Part shown: piece after piece, positions 14,858-29,560 of the stretch
How the letters are laid out: the number at the start of each line of letters is the position of its first letter
How positions within the stretch are numbered: the first letter of the stretch is position 1
Assembly: GCF_023055435.1 (NCBI RefSeq)
Contig: NW_025963779.1
Location: forward strand, 35,712,001 to 35,776,000
Source of the DNA: Haliotis rufescens
Lineage: Eukaryota
DNA: 64,000 nt
Direction of reading: 5' to 3'
Made by a program: the position numbers and the translations under genes
Notes under the pieces: generated by a model
Told to the model about the DNA's origin: nothing
Databases searched by the model: none
Seen by the model: only the letters and a program-made list of their open reading frames with translations

Positions 14858-16835
14858 TTTCCTCAAATATGCCAAACACACGTGGCTGCCATGTTATAAA
14901 GCTAGGCTAAGACTTCGTGGTACGGTTCTACACAACGAGGGTCAGACCGCTGCTTATTATGATGTGCTCTTTTATGATAGTCATATTATTCTATTATATA
15001 ATTATTCACATGGTCTTTTATTTCACTTGTGGCTGCTTGTACTCGTCCGGGCTAATGCCGGTTTTATATTGCTAGCCCAGTGAGAAACTATATCACCTTG
15101 ATACCCCACCAGACACATAGAACTGACTCTGAGCCGACCAGTCCTTGTTTATGCCTTAATGCGTAGCATCAGACAGGGTAACAAGAAGTACCATCTTTTT
15201 AACGTCTTTTGGTTCAGGATGAATACCAGCACGGTTCTTAGTGTTCAGTTCACAGGTGGGTATTATACTATTATCTCGATTCCTGGTTAAATAGGTGTCC
15301 ATCATTCAATAGCTATCTTTAACTACCGACCTTCCGCTGCCCTGGCAGAGGCACCGTGTGATCAACGACCACAACAACAATAATAATACTAATGAAGACG
15401 ACGATGATGATGATGATGATGCATTTGTATGGCGCCTAATTCCAAACCACTGATGCTCTGTGGCGCTGTAACATATATATGTTGTGTCATGGGAATAAGA
15501 AAGATAGTTAAAATGTGAATGTCTCTGGAAAATGAGGAGTTGTTAACTCTCCTTTGATTTCCCTACGGGTAGCTACTGATCTGAATAGTGTTCCACAGAA
15601 CAGGTGCTTCCATGGCTGTCTTCAGTGGTACTTCACTGTTCTCATCTCAAGGATTCTTTCTGGTTAGTAAAGGCTAATAACATTCTTAAGATATTGTAGA
15701 AAATGGCTGAAATATTGCTGACAGTCGCGTAAAATTCACTTATTTACAAAACCCCGTAAAAATGTTAGAGAGTGATTTGTTAAATAGCTGTATTTTTCCC
15801 CGAAAATCCATATATTGAAATCAAACTTCGCGCTGCACCTCTGGTATTGGAAGTTTTCCCCAAGTTTGAAATGAATCTATGATGTAGTTTTCAAATTATA
15901 GGTCGCACACTGAAGATGTCCTTAGAACTAAGGACGGACAAACGGAATTTCAGATAGTGATTTGTTGAACACCACTTTCAAAATTATTTTAGTCACGCCA
16001 TGATGTATATTTGTAATAAATAAAAGTAAAGCGGACGGTTCGAGAAAAGTTTTGTCTTTAGGCAACAAACAAAACACGATTCACCTCAAGATCGACCCCT
16101 GATAGAATGACTAAAATCGACATGAAACAACAGACACACAGCACGGTACATCACGACCCCTGGCCCAACGCGACCATTAACGACATGAAACTTCTATACG
16201 TGGAAAACTCGTTCACCCAGATCGTAGGGTGAGATAGAAACATGCTTGTTCTTAAGAAACATGCCATTATCTTAAGCCATTAGTCATGGATGGAGATGGT
16301 TGATTGTTTATGTAGGTTTATGAGTTGTTTACCATTAACCGATTGTCACGTGATCGCGCGGCATACGTGCACGCACAAAACACGTGTCGTTCGTGCGTGA
16401 TATGAAATTGACAATGATGTAGATTTCGTTTCGTCAAGCATAGTATTAATGTCTCCCATGCTTGACACTATGTCAATTTCACGAATTATATTTGTGTATA
16501 TAAACAATGGCAAAAGAAAGTAGACGTTTGAAAATTTATCTGACCAAACATTACAAACGTTATCAAAACATTACTTGGTTAAAATAGTTGCCGAAACAGT
16601 TCGAACTTAAGGTCCAAAATCACAACTATGATACCCGTATGAAATACGTCATCATCGAATAATCATTTTTTGTTTGTTTCATTTTTAGCCACCATATAGC
16701 TGGAATATTGCTGAGTGCGCCGTTAAACAACAAATAAACGAATAAACATTACATCACGAACAATGACAAAACTCACATTCTAGAACTTTGTGAGTAAATA
16801 AGAAAAGATGCAACTTTAATGCAGCGACGTTTCGG

Positions 16836-17007
16836 TGAGTGAGTGACTGACTGAATATGGTTTTACGCCGCTTTTAGCAATATTACAACAATATCACGGC
16901 GGGGGACACCAGAAATGGGCTTCCCACATTGTACCCATGTCGGGAATCGAACCCGGGTCTTCGGCGTGACGAGCAAACGCTTTAACCACTAGGCTACCCG
17001 ACCGCCC
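16836..17007 (-). mobile_element. SINE family A
   Basis: Same consensus. A diverged partial copy also lies at ~17940-18068. Confidence 0.85.
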
Positions 17008-17805
17008 TCGTGTCGATGAAGATTCGTACACCGTCTCTCCAGCTTGATAACGGTGTAAGAAACAACATTGAAACGTCGCTAATGTAATAAACCAGACGTT
17101 GTGAGCCATAAAGTTGTACTTTTTCTGGAAAAAAAATGTTTCTTCCAAAAAATATTAGTATCGCTCTTCATTATTTTTCTGTTTGTATAACAGTGGCATG
17201 TATTATCATTATTATTATTTTTATTATTATTAATATTATTATTATCATCATTATTATTATTCACGAGACATTTAAAAATAACGTCAACATGGATTAACTG
17301 TCCGCCGTGAGGATTGAATCACAGTCATCCTGTTTCTAACTTACAAGTGTTACAAACGGAACAAGTTTACCACTTCAATTGGAATCAACACACATGACAA
17401 CTCGCAAAAAGGTTTCAAGGTGTTTAAAACCGTTCATATATTACCACCAAGCCGCGGAATGATATACATTTCACGCAACGCGTGCCGGGAAGTGAAAGTG
17501 TTCCTCGAGACCAATACGCCACATGCGTCATTTGTATGAGTGAATCCGAAATCATTTTTCTTTAGCAGAAGTGTATACTAATCTAGACAAGTAATAACTT
17601 CCTCTACTTAATGGCTGTTTGTATTCACGACTAACACCAGATCTCGGGAGGGCTCTTTGTCTTCTGCAATTCTGGATAAATTCAGGTCATGAATATCTTC
17701 TCTCCGATTTTTTACAAAACGTTTTGTTGTATTGTTTTGTTTGTTAGTTGAGACAACGAGTCACTTCACCTATCTCCATGCATCTGAAGAGCTTTTCACT
17801 TTTCC

Positions 17806-17935
17806 NNNNNNNNNNNNNNNNNNNNNNNNNNNNNNNNNNNNNNNNNNNNNNNNNNNNNNNNNNNNNNNNNNNNNNNNNNNNNNNNNNNNNNNNNNNNNNN
17901 NNNNNNNNNNNNNNNNNNNNNNNNNNNNNNNNNNN
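17806..17935. other. Assembly gap (N run)
   Basis: N characters. Confidence 1.
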
Positions 17936-18354
17936 CAGTAACATTCAAGCGAAATCACGTCAGGTAAATGATACTAGCGCACTGTACCCATGCATCATGC
18001 GGAGAATAGAACCCAGGTCTTTCAGCGTAACCACCAAACGCTTTAACCACTAGGCTACCCCCACCCCTAAATCACTTTGCTCCCCTGGTCCACCCGTATC
18101 GTCTCTCTCATTATGTGGGGTGAGATACGTACGTGGAAGTATATAAATAGAGTGTATGTGTCCCGTCAACAACATGTTTATCTCACCGAGTGTCCTTACA
18201 ACGTTGATAGTATCACTTTGGACACAGCCACGAGTGAATAAATCAGCATTTACAGGCCACGCCACGAAAAGACAAATATTTATTAATGATGTTTTTTTTT
18301 TCGCTGTTCTTTACGTTCCGACTAAGAAGACAAAAGGAACTCTGGGGTTGACAG

Positions 18355-18632
18355 TGTGAGTGAGTGAGTTGGGTTTAACGCCGCTTTTGACAGTATTCCA
18401 GTTATGTCGCGGCATGTCAGCTTAATGTGTGAGGAAAGCCCTAAGTGATGCAGTTCTCAGACGTTACCACTTCGGTGAAACCCACGAGCACGGGTATGGT
18501 GCTGACAAACCTAGAAACAATCGGGGCGAACCGCGATTCGAACCCAAAATCATAGGTTTCTGTCGTGCCCAAGGGACGCAACTCTGCACAACGATTCGCG
18601 GCGCCTTAGACGACTGGGCCACCCGTGCCCCC
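18355..18632 (-). mobile_element. SINE family C
   Basis: Reverse complement of the 42658 copy; TSD ctggggttgacag. Confidence 0.88.
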
Positions 18633-19465
18633 CTGGGGTTGACAGAAAGTAGCAGTGACATTAAGTGTTATTTCTCTCGAATGACATTTTGATTTAAATT
18701 AAAAGTAAAACTCTTAAGAAATCAATTACACGTACATGTAACAACTAAATTAAGCAAAAGAAAGTATACACCCATGTTTGATGGTGGCTTAAAATACAAC
18801 AAGAACGGCTGACGTATTTCATACGAGTATTATAATTGATTTGGACCTTACATTTGCAGTGTTTCAGCCTAGTATTAGTTTGATAACGTTTGCAATATTT
18901 TGGTCAAATTTAAAAGGGTATACTTTCTTTTGCCTGGCAGTGTACCTTAAATAGTGTTGCATACCATGCATGTCATGCTATAGACGTTGGCATATCCGAA
19001 TTCAATGCTCATACTAACATTACATACTAACAGCTCATCACGATTCGAGAAGGCATGGGCATCCAATCCCTTTCCGCTGAATACACTCGCTATACATTAC
19101 AGGTATGACATGACATAGTCTAGTCATGCGCACTGGGAACAGCATTCCTTGCCCAAAATAAACAAGATTTTTGAAACCAATCACGCATTTGTAATTGTAA
19201 ACAATCCTATTTGGTTTTAAAGGGTTCCGAGTCTAGGAACACCCAGAAGCCCTTGCAAGTTGATTCAGGTTTGTCAAACCCTTATTTCTGTTACGCCATC
19301 TGTTGACAAAGTAATTGCATTTTTCTTACCATATTTTTAGTTTGATACATTCCAATATATCCTCCTTGGTTACTTCAAACACTATCGTATGATGAGGTGG
19401 GGTGAAAAGGGGTTTAACGTCGCGTTCAAGGTTATTGCACTTACATAGCGTGTGTACGAGAGAGT

Positions 19466-19538
19466 GTATGTATGTATGTATGTATGTATGTATGTATGTA
19501 TGTATGTATGTATGTATGTATGTATGTATGTCTGTCTG
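19466..19538. repeat. (TATG)n microsatellite next to an assembly gap
   Basis: Direct reading. Confidence 0.95.
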
Positions 19539-19734
19539 NNNNNNNNNNNNNNNNNNNNNNNNNNNNNNNNNNNNNNNNNNNNNNNNNNNNNNNNNNNNNN
19601 NNNNNNNNNNNNNNNNNNNNNNNNNNNNNNNNNNNNNNNNNNNNNNNNNNNNNNNNNNNNNNNNNNNNNNNNNNNNNNNNNNNNNNNNNNNNNNNNNNNN
19701 NNNNNNNNNNNNNNNNNNNNNNNNNNNNNNNNNN
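19539..19734. other. Assembly gap (N run)
   Basis: N characters. Confidence 1.
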
Positions 19735-20985
19735 TTATTTCGTTATGTGTTCGTTATATCCATCAATTTTATATGATAAAATTTACAGCAAATGGCCGGG
19801 ACCAAACGAACAGTTCGTCATATCCGTCAGTTCGTTATAAGCGTGTTCGTTATAAACGTAGTTTACTGTATGTTTACTGTGTCTTAGGCCGAACCCCGGT
19901 TTTACAGTTCTACCCCACTGACATACCAGGCCACAGTTTAACATGGATACCCCACTCAGACACAGTATACTGACTCCGAGCCCACCAGTCCTGGTTTTAT
20001 CCCATAAATGCCGAGCGCCAGGCAGGGTAACAACAAGTCCCATGATTTAACGTTTTTCGGTATGACACGACCGGAACATAATAAAAAAACTCAGGGATAA
20101 AGGCCAGCAAAAAGGTTTCCGTTGATAACATTTGACGATGACTAGCCGAATACCTTGGAGGATCTGAAACCTTCTACACAAGGAAGTAGACCGGTCACCT
20201 GAACTTGCGTTCAAATGGCTCGATTCAAAATGAAATGTCTGCCTCTGCAAGGGGCATAGTAAACCTAGAAATCCGGCTTCAGGATCGGGTGGCAGCGGGG
20301 TTTAAAAAGGAAACTCTAACTTGAGCTGCTACTTAATACAACTGTTGACAGCCCTGCCACAGTGATACATATCTTGTAATTTTATTCCGTCCTATGTGCT
20401 TTGACAGGTATTATCACATTTTCAAAGACTGTTACCAACTTTGACCTTTAGAGGCGTGTGTTTAACAGTTTAGCGCATGCGCGGTAATCAGATGCCGCCT
20501 TTGACGTCTGTTTCGCTGCTCAGTGGAAAATAACAAAGGTTTTCGTCTGCTTTTTGATTATCTATACTTTCCACGTGGCTAAGCGGGCTGACAACAACCC
20601 CGCAATGAAGAATATGAGCCGAAACTAATATATTTTAGCACTTCAGGCAAGCTTTTATCAACCTGGAACTGATATGTTGTGAGTAAGACTTACTCAGTGT
20701 TTTAGAACGTCTTCGCGCACAGTCAATAAGACTGATTTTACCATCAAAGGTTAATTCGGTTTCAGCACATAGATACGACTGCTTTCAAATCATGATATCA
20801 CGTGCAAATAAACCTTTGCTCTCTGACACAAATGTCGATAGCAAATGTATTTTTGAGTTTGTTGTGTTCCATGGAAATATACGAGTACGCTGCCAAACTG
20901 TTGTAGATTTAACGGGCGCTTCCAGCTATTAATGATTGCGCACCTGTTTCAAAAATATATCTTTACTCGGCGTGGTTGTCGGTGG

Positions 20986-21001
20986 TGTGTGTGTGTGTGT
21001 G

Positions 21002-21051
<50 letters not shown>
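20986..21051. repeat. (GT)n microsatellite
   Basis: Direct reading. Confidence 0.95.
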
Positions 21052-21053
<2 letters not shown>

Positions 21054-21583
21054 AGCATTTATTTTCAATATTTTCTATATCCTTTCCCTCCCCCCCTCCC
21101 CAAGTAGACAACGCGACAATGTCCCTTTCCCTTCTAGGATGCCATACAAGTCACAGTTTCTGACCGGTGAAATGTAGTGTCTATCTTGAGATTATATTTC
21201 ACAATTCGAGGGCAAGACAATGCAGGTGTGCCAGTTATTTGAAGGCGAATATATATTGCAGATAGGAATTATCTTCTCCTGACCATCCCACTCCCCACAC
21301 CCCGGATACTAACATCGTGTTTGCCTACCCCTGCACCTCTAGTCACTGCGTCTTTGTTATCGCTGGAGTTACAGCTGCGTACCAATCACCTGCTGCTCTT
21401 CGTGCATGTGTGAACATCCATTAGAGCACCGTGCAGTCTGGTATGTACATTACATATCAGTAGGGGTGTGTTTTATCACAAGTCACAATTCAACGTTACC
21501 TGATATTTATTTTAATCCATGGTGATATTGCAAAATATCACCTGACAGGATAACTCAATCATCAATAACGGGTAAATAATCAA

Positions 21584-21816
21584 GTTTGTTTGTTTGTTGT
21601 TTAACGCCGCATTCAGCAATATTCAGGCTATATGACGGCGGTCTGTAAATAATCGAGCCTGGACCAGACAATCCAGTGATTGACATCATGACCATCAATC
21701 CACGCAATTTGGATACAATGACATGCATCAACCAAGTCAGCGAGCCTGATCACCCGATCCCGCTAGTCGCCTCTTACGATAGTCGCCTTTTACAGCAAGC
21801 ATGGGTTGCTGAAGAC
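21584..21816 (-). mobile_element. SINE-like family B, 5'-truncated
   Basis: Consensus match; TSD aaataatcaagt. Confidence 0.85.
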
Positions 21817-22752
21817 AAATAATCAAGTCATTGTATAACAATACGCAGCAAGTATTATCTTTGAGGGAATGTTTCCTAAGTGTGAATTTACGACATCATT
21901 TTGTCCACATTGCTTATTGAGACTAACAAATAAGATACGTTTTTTTAACGATATGTGGACCACAATTACCCAAATGTATCGACATCGCGATAAATCGTGA
22001 AATGAAAGTACACGTCGAACTGAGATATCACGATTTCGATATGGAAGCGATTGACCGATCAGCCCGTTCTACACACACTGGTATATGCACACGCCTTCAT
22101 TTAATGCTTTGTTTATTAAGGCAAGTTTATCTTTGATAGGTGAGTAAATGTTGTTTGAGGCCGCATTCAGCAACAGTACGACCGTATCATGGAGGATTGT
22201 TAATAGCCATGTCACACAATTAACCAGGTCACGTACGCGTATTGTAACTATCCTATTCGAATTTAATACTAGTGTGGCAAGCATGAGTGACTGGGGACCT
22301 ATTATTTCCAGGAATATTTAGATTCCCAGTCTCTACCTACGATTTAACCGCGATATCATTAGACAAGATCTTTCCCGACAGGAGATGGAATCGGAGTAAA
22401 ACATCTACTTTTCATGAGATCAATTTACTTTTGTCATGGCTGATAATAGCGACTGACAGCATGTACCATTATCGAAACATTTATTGGTAGAAAATCTGAC
22501 CAATCTGCATCCTGCTGACGGAAATCATGGAATGGTACCGGACGAAGACGTCAATGACGTCACGACGTTGGAAGGTTACGGTTGACCAGTCAGTGTGTGA
22601 ATATCTCTAATCATGCACCAGTCACTTCTGACTGCTGTCACTCATGTGTGGTACTCTGTCCGGGAGGTACTGCAGTATTCATGGCCACTGACGTAGAATT
22701 AACACACGGATTAATCTATCAATGACATATGTGGAAACGATATATTAAAAAC

Positions 22753-22882
22753 ATATACTGAACAAATGATGCTAGGAACATGAATATTTCTGATGATATT
22801 TTCTATGAATTGTGTGCTTAGTTTCACTAGAAAAAATATTCCCCCAAATATTCATGATCCCCAACTTATTTTGTTCAGTATA
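22753..22882. mobile_element. Short palindromic TA-flanked MITE
   Basis: atatactgaacaaa...catgaatattt / aaatattcatg...tttgttcagtatat. A relative lies at ~37050-37160. Confidence 0.55.
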
Positions 22883-23131
22883 TATTATATTGATTACAGG
22901 GGATTAGAGCCCGTTGGTATTAAAGCGGTTTAGCCGTCACACGAGGAATTTGGAGCATTTCATGGACAACATTATATACATTACCAATCCATCCTGGCAT
23001 TATTAGAAGCGGTAACAAAACCAGGATTAGTCTACGACAGATACGCACTACATTGTGTATTATAGCACGACTTTTGGTGATCACAGGGTCAAACCTGGCG
23101 GCTTGTGAGTCACCGTACTCATGGTTGGGGC

Positions 23132-23677
23132 GATCTTCCCGAGGCAAGAGAGTTAACTGACTTTAAAAGTCTCAGTTTCCACCCTTGCCGAACTAGGCGG
23201 GAATTCCTGGGCTCGATCGTGGCGCCATTGGTGGCTGTGACGAGTTATATCCCTTCTATGCCTCTCCTATGGACAAATCAGAACTAACCTCTCGTATCAC
23301 TTGCATTTGCTTCAAACAAAATGGCGGCACCCAGGCAAGACGATCTGATCGACAATCAAGATCCATGTTGTGATAAAACGGCTCTTACATCGCGAAGTGC
23401 ATCAAATCACGTGAGCAACTTGATTAAAAACTTGAAAAGATTTGGAAAATATGTGTTGACAACGAGTTGTCGGTGCACATGCTGTGCAAATCCTGCAATC
23501 GACCGAACTCTGCATGACAGTTTACGAACCGGATATCGGTTTCGTTGCGTGATTTTGATTGGACTATGCATATAATCGTTAGTCCAGCCAAAATGTAACT
23601 CCATAATACCAGCTTAGTTCGGCAAGGGTTGAAACTGGACTTTTATAATCAGTTAACTCTCTTGCCTCGGGAAGATG
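23132..23677. mobile_element. MITE family E (~65-bp TIR, 9-bp TSD)
   Basis: TIR (c)atcttcccgaggcaagagagttaactga...; TSD ggttggggc / ggttgggac. Confidence 0.85.
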
Positions 23678-23981
23678 GGTTGGGACGTGCTCATGTTATC
23701 AAACACTGGTTTGGGTGTTCCAGATTCGAACATCCATAGGCCACCGTGATGAGGCTGTAGTGTTCCGGTGGAGCGATGCGTCATCGTACACCTGTACACA
23801 ATATCTTCACCAGCGTCAGTTGCTGGTGGGAATAGCCCTCGCTCTGGGTCCTTTAACGACTGAATAAACATATAAGTACAATATATTTTGCTAAGAAACA
23901 AACGCTTACGTGGTGTTCGGGTTCAATGTTGGCGAAATTCGTCAGTAGCACATTTCTATGTTAAGGTCGAAAGTAGATTTA

Positions 23982-24215
23982 CACAGCCGGGCAAAAGAAA
24001 GTAGACACCCATGTTTGTTTTATGGTGGCTAAAAATGAAACAAACAAGAAATGGTAATTCGATGGTGATGTATTTTATAAGGGTACCACAAGCGATATGA
24101 CATGTATCATATCAATGAGTATATCACAATAGTCGACTTTTTTCAGATTAATAACGTTTGTAATATTTTGGTAAAATACAGTTTTCAAGTGTATACTTTC
24201 TTCTGCCCGGCAGTT
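23982..24215. mobile_element. Tc1/mariner-type MITE
   Basis: TA|cacagccgggcaaaagaaagtagacac ... gtgtatactttcttctgcccggcagtt|TA. Relatives at ~18754-18942, ~16508-16690, ~62670-62905. Confidence 0.7.
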
Positions 24216-24866
24216 TACATACATTATTAAGACATTGAACACATCCATGTTTAAGTCATACTGGTCCCTGTCGAGGCTCGGTTTATGTTGCATTATATAC
24301 GATCAATGCACAGATGAGATGCCTCCGCTATTTTTAGGAAAAACAGTCACAAAAACCATGGCCCGAGGGTATACCAGACTAATTGCCAACATTTCCACCA
24401 AATAGAATCTAGCGTCTTTACCATAAAATCTGCCTCTCCTATTACGATATAATTACCCAGTTTAACATAGGACAGGAGCTGGTTTTAAGCTGGCTAAAAA
24501 CAAGCTTACGAATTTGCTCTAGGTCAATATTGTAGAATCATTGTCAAACGTAATGGCAGTGTCATCCTGGACGTGATACAACTTGAGTAACCTCCCTTGG
24601 GTAGGGCGTGTTTTTATAATATTAAGTGTATTGGAATACGATATTTCACGGCAACTTGATTACGGCTGTTCTGTGGCTATTAAACCAAATTTATTGGTTA
24701 TCCCTACTCACATTGCCATGCCGTCCACTTAAAACCCTGCTTGGTCGTTATTACTACCTCCCTGAAAATAGAACGTATTGATTGTTACATTAGTGGGTGG
24801 GTGAAAGATCGTGGGGAATACTTGGTAAAATTCTGAGAAGCTGACAACAGGGGATTCCAGATCCCC

Positions 24867-24897
<31 letters not shown>

Positions 24898-27057
24898 ACA
24901 CTGCAGAACATATTTGTCGTCATAAAGACAGGGAGACATAATTACAATTTGTGACCTAGGTGAGTATGTGTTCATAATATCAACCACTTCATTGTCGGAC
25001 GCAAAATCAGACTAAATTATTTTCAGTTTATCAAAACATAGCTACATTGTGGCCTACTGTGGCGTTAAACAACTGACTAATATATCTTAAGCTGCATATA
25101 CAGAAGAAATTTATCAATTAATACAGTCTTGACACCAATGGACTTATCCTATCGACATATTTTTAGTTTAATCTGTTTCTTTGTTAGCAATAAAGAAAAC
25201 ACGTCTTTATTCGGTCGTTTTCATTGCACACACTTACATCAAATCATGTACGCATAAGTACCATGGAAGAGCGAATAAATCAACGATGAATATTAATGAA
25301 CATTTGATTAAGGCGAGTTTTACGAATAGACTGTCATGAATATATGCAGGGATTGCCCACTGTAATTTAAAAACTTGTTGTAATTTAATGTGTTGTCATG
25401 GCCTATTTCCTATCATGGCCGACGACTGTTGTCAACACACAACAATAGTTTTTCTATGCTTGAATAATGAAGAACTTTCTGTTGTCTCCAGACAAGGAAT
25501 ATGACAGTGTCACGTTAATGTGACCACCGTGACATGTCTCACAACGTGACATGAATACCTGTACCGTGTACGTGGGGCTCTGGCAAGGCTACATCACACT
25601 GATACCAGTTCAAAACAGTTGTCATGTTACTAGTTCATACATTGTCCATATATGACAACATTTACTGTTGTGTGTGTGAGAGAGAAACACGTGTGGGAAG
25701 TGTGTGTGTGTGTGTGAGCGTAGAGAGTCGCGTGTGTATGTTAGAATGATACAAAGTGTGTGCAGAGTTTGTATGAGAAAGAAATTGTCTCACGAGAACA
25801 GATACATATATGAGAAGGGGGCAGACAGTGTGTACGAGAGATAAAGAGACACAGCGTGTGTCAACGAGAGAATGGGAATTCAGATCACTAATGGCGTCAC
25901 AGAACACTTCACCACCGTAGACCTAACAACACATCGCATGAACCTACCCAAGTGTCGACTAACACCTCACAACTCCGACACTTGGTGACCACACCACACA
26001 GTCGACGATGACAGTGACACCTAAAGTCACAACACATCAACAACAACACCTACCGTACGGTACACTGTATTCCTCCAGTATATTCACCGCGCTCTCCACA
26101 TGTCAAACAGCATACACTAGACTGACACAAATCACTGGTAGATCCGTGACGAGTGAACCAACAGCACTGTCTCCACGCTCAACGTCGAACTCACCACTAC
26201 CACACGGTGATGTGGGAAACAACACTGTATAGTCACACTACAGCGACCAGCAATACAGCCCGCTTTACCTGTAGAGAGTAGGTAGCCTTTACCTACACAC
26301 GACACATGCGATGAATGGCGGCAGATGGGCCTACTCTCACCTTGGGCTATCACAACTGTGTCACCAAGCCTTGGGTGGTTAGACGGGTGGGTTTAATCCT
26401 CACCATGAAGCTCGTGTCCTCAAAAGCTCTTAATTCTGTCTCTTGCCTAATATTCGAGAAATCGATAAGGAAGTCCGATAAGGTGGGTTACCTATCTGAG
26501 GTGAATTACAGCACTTGTCGCATAGCCGTACGCGGTTAAGTGGCCCCTGTGCAGATATGAATAGGTTTGAATTTAAAATTCAGGGTTCTTTTGTCAACGC
26601 CTTGGGTGTCTTGTCGATTTCCTGTTGTTTTTTTAGCGACGGTATTGTTTGATTGTTTACGTTTCATACACCGAACGTGATGGAGTCAGACAGGACGAGT
26701 TTATTGTGTGAATAGAGTTAGCAGTCCTAGAATATGAATTCACTTTGCCTTGTGATATTTTAAATGTTCTGCAGTGATTTAAGTTGTGAAAAAGGAAGAG
26801 TTTTAGGCATTGATAAACTGCGTCTCCTTACACTGCAGAGGTCCGTCTGAGTGAGTGTATGGATGTTATTTTACGCCGCGGATCGCTGTAATTACGGCGA
26901 CCAGTAATTACTTAAATCTCGTCCGTTGGCTGAGAGTATTAACAACGAACCACGTCGTCGGCGTACGATGACACACATTCAACCTGGTCACACTCGATGC
27001 CCAGCTTAAGTCGGCTCGTGCGATAATTTTGAACGAATGGGGAGACGGCGTGAAGAG

Positions 27058-27710
27058 CTGGGTAACGAATCCGACACAGAATTCCCTTGGGGTGGCAAGC
27101 ATGAAGTACTGGGCAACGAATCCGACACAGAATTCCCTTGGGGTGACAAGCATGAAGTACTGGGCAACGAATCCGACACAGAATTCCCTTGGGGTGACAA
27201 GCATGAAGTACTGGGCAACGAATCCGACACAGAATTCCCTTGGGGTGACAAGCATGAAGTACTGGGCAACGAATCCGACACAGAATTCCCTTGGGGTGAC
27301 AAGCATGAAGTACTGGGCAACGAATCCGACACAGAATTCCCTTGGGGTGGCAAGCATGAAGTACTGGGCAACGAATCCGACACAGAATTCCCTTGGGGTG
27401 ACAAGCATGAAGTACTGGGCAACGAATCCGACACAGAATTCCCTTGGGGTGGCAAGCATGAAGTACTGGGCAACGAATCCGACACAGAATTCCCTTGGGG
27501 TGACAAGCATGAAGTACTGGGCAACGAATCCGACACAGAATTCCCTTGGGGTGACAAGCATGAAGTACTGGGCAACGAATCCGACACAGAATTCCCTTGG
27601 GGTGGCAAGCATGAAGTACTGGGTAACGAATCCGACACAGAATTCCCTTGTGGAGACAGACATGGAGAGTTGGGTAACGGGACACAGAATCCCCGTGGGG
27701 AGACAAGCAT
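27058..27710. repeat. 51-bp minisatellite, ~12 copies plus a degenerate terminal copy
   Basis: Unit tgggcaacgaatccgacacagaattcccttggggtg(a/g)caagcatgaagtac; no spacers. Confidence 0.95.
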
Positions 27711-29218
27711 GAGCCTCTGGGAACCTACCCCTCCTCAAATGAGCTTTAGTGTGGTCTAGTGTGATCACGGTGGAAATCGGTATATATGGTCTTTCAGAGA
27801 CAAAATGGAGTTTTATAGACGACCACCAAGAAAACCCGCTGATGTAGCCCCATTGGGAATCAAACCCGACATACCAGCATGACAAGTGAATACACAAGAT
27901 AGACGGGACACAGAGAACTAACGACATTCGTAACGACCAGTTGCACAACGCTACCTTAGGGCTACGACTGTCGTAAGTCTATGTTATAGTATGGGAGTTA
28001 CGATCGTCGTAACGCTAAGACTGCTTTGTGCAAGTGGACCCAGGTCACTGTCTCTGTTCTATCAAACCAAAAGAAATAGCTTCATAGCGTGCTGTTTTTC
28101 CTTAATGTTCCTACCGATTGAGCAATGTGCGGTATATTAAACTGATTGATGACTTCAAACTAGCAGGTCTGATCCTCGAAGTCATCAGGTGCAGTTCGAC
28201 TTTGAACCTTTGAAAACACTCGCCGATATCTGTTGTTTGCCCTCTTAGATAATATCTCGAGAGTAGGATGTAAACCACCCAGACAAGCAAGGTGATTGGC
28301 CAATTGGCTAAACAGTCACTTTGAGGGAAAAACCTCGATGTTTCAGATTGAGGAAGACTTGGGGATTGATATAACCTGCTTAAAGGTAACAGTTCTAAAC
28401 TAACTGGGGTCTGGCGAGTTAGACTTAATGTCCGGTTGGTGGAGAGACCAGGTACACAAAAGTCAGTTCTTGGTTTGGTTACGGATTTTATATCCTAGTA
28501 GGCGGGATTCCGAATTGCGAGGTTCACTGTATGCGCACATCTACTGCCTGAAGAGTATATATGTCATGTTGTGTAAATATCACACAAGTTTCATATTCGC
28601 CAGCAGTTGCCCAGTCAACTGTCGTGCTGAGCTGCGCCCCTTAGTCTCTATGATCGTGGGTTCGAATCCCAGATCCGCCACGATTATGATCCTTGGTCTC
28701 TCGGCTCCATACCCGTGCTCTTGGGTTTCAACAGATTGCTAAACGCACGAGACCTGCGTCACTGTCGGCATGTTTTCATAGACACGGTAAGGATGTACGA
28801 GTATCGCAAACAACATCGTGCAATAAAGACATACATGTATAGTGTAGTTTCGGTTTAATGTAACGGTTGCCAGGACAAATTCCGACTGAGATTGTATGAC
28901 CGTACAATGGCCAACTGCATCGATTTTCTTTGATGTGACAGGATTGGAGTGGTATGCATACTGTTTTACGGTCGCATTTCATTCCTAGTGTTTTTAGGTA
29001 GACAGGAGTATTCCACAGTCAAAAAACATTTAAACTATTTATATCTAAACATCTCATTGTTGAATCCAAGTCACTCATTATGTACTGTATTCGACTTGTG
29101 TTCTGGAACTCTGTAACGGAAAGATGTATAGGTGAGATGAGGTGAGGTGAGGTGAGGTGAGGTGTGAGGTGAGGTGAGGCGAGGCGAGGCGAGGCGAGGC
29201 GAGGCGAGGTGAGTGAAG

Positions 29219-29560
29219 TTTAACGTTGCGTTCAAGATTATTGCCCTTATGTTGCGACGTGCATGCACGTGTGTGTGTGTGTATGTGTGTGTGTGTGTGT
29301 GGTTCCTTGTACTAATCCGGACAAATGTCGGTTTCATAGTGCTACCTCACTGACATACCATGCCGCAGTTTAACATGAATACCCCACTCAGAACAGTATA
29401 TTGACTCCGAGCCAACCAGTCATTGTTTTAGCCCCTAAATGCCGAGCACCAGACAGGGTAACAACAAGTACTTTTAATGTCATTTAATATGACGCGGCCG
29501 GGCATCGAACCCACAACCTTCTGGTCTCAGGGATGACGCTCTACCACTAGACCACGGCGG
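29219..29560 (-). mobile_element. SINE family D, followed by a (CCTCA/CCTCG)n tail at 29131-29218
   Basis: Reverse complement of the 57418 copy. Confidence 0.82.

Noticed and set aside
17732-19973. ORFs containing X runs
   Set aside because: Artefacts of N gaps and the (TATG)n repeat.
27058-27710. CRISPR-like array
   Set aside because: Units are contiguous and near-identical with no unique spacers, there are no cas genes, and the context is eukaryotic.
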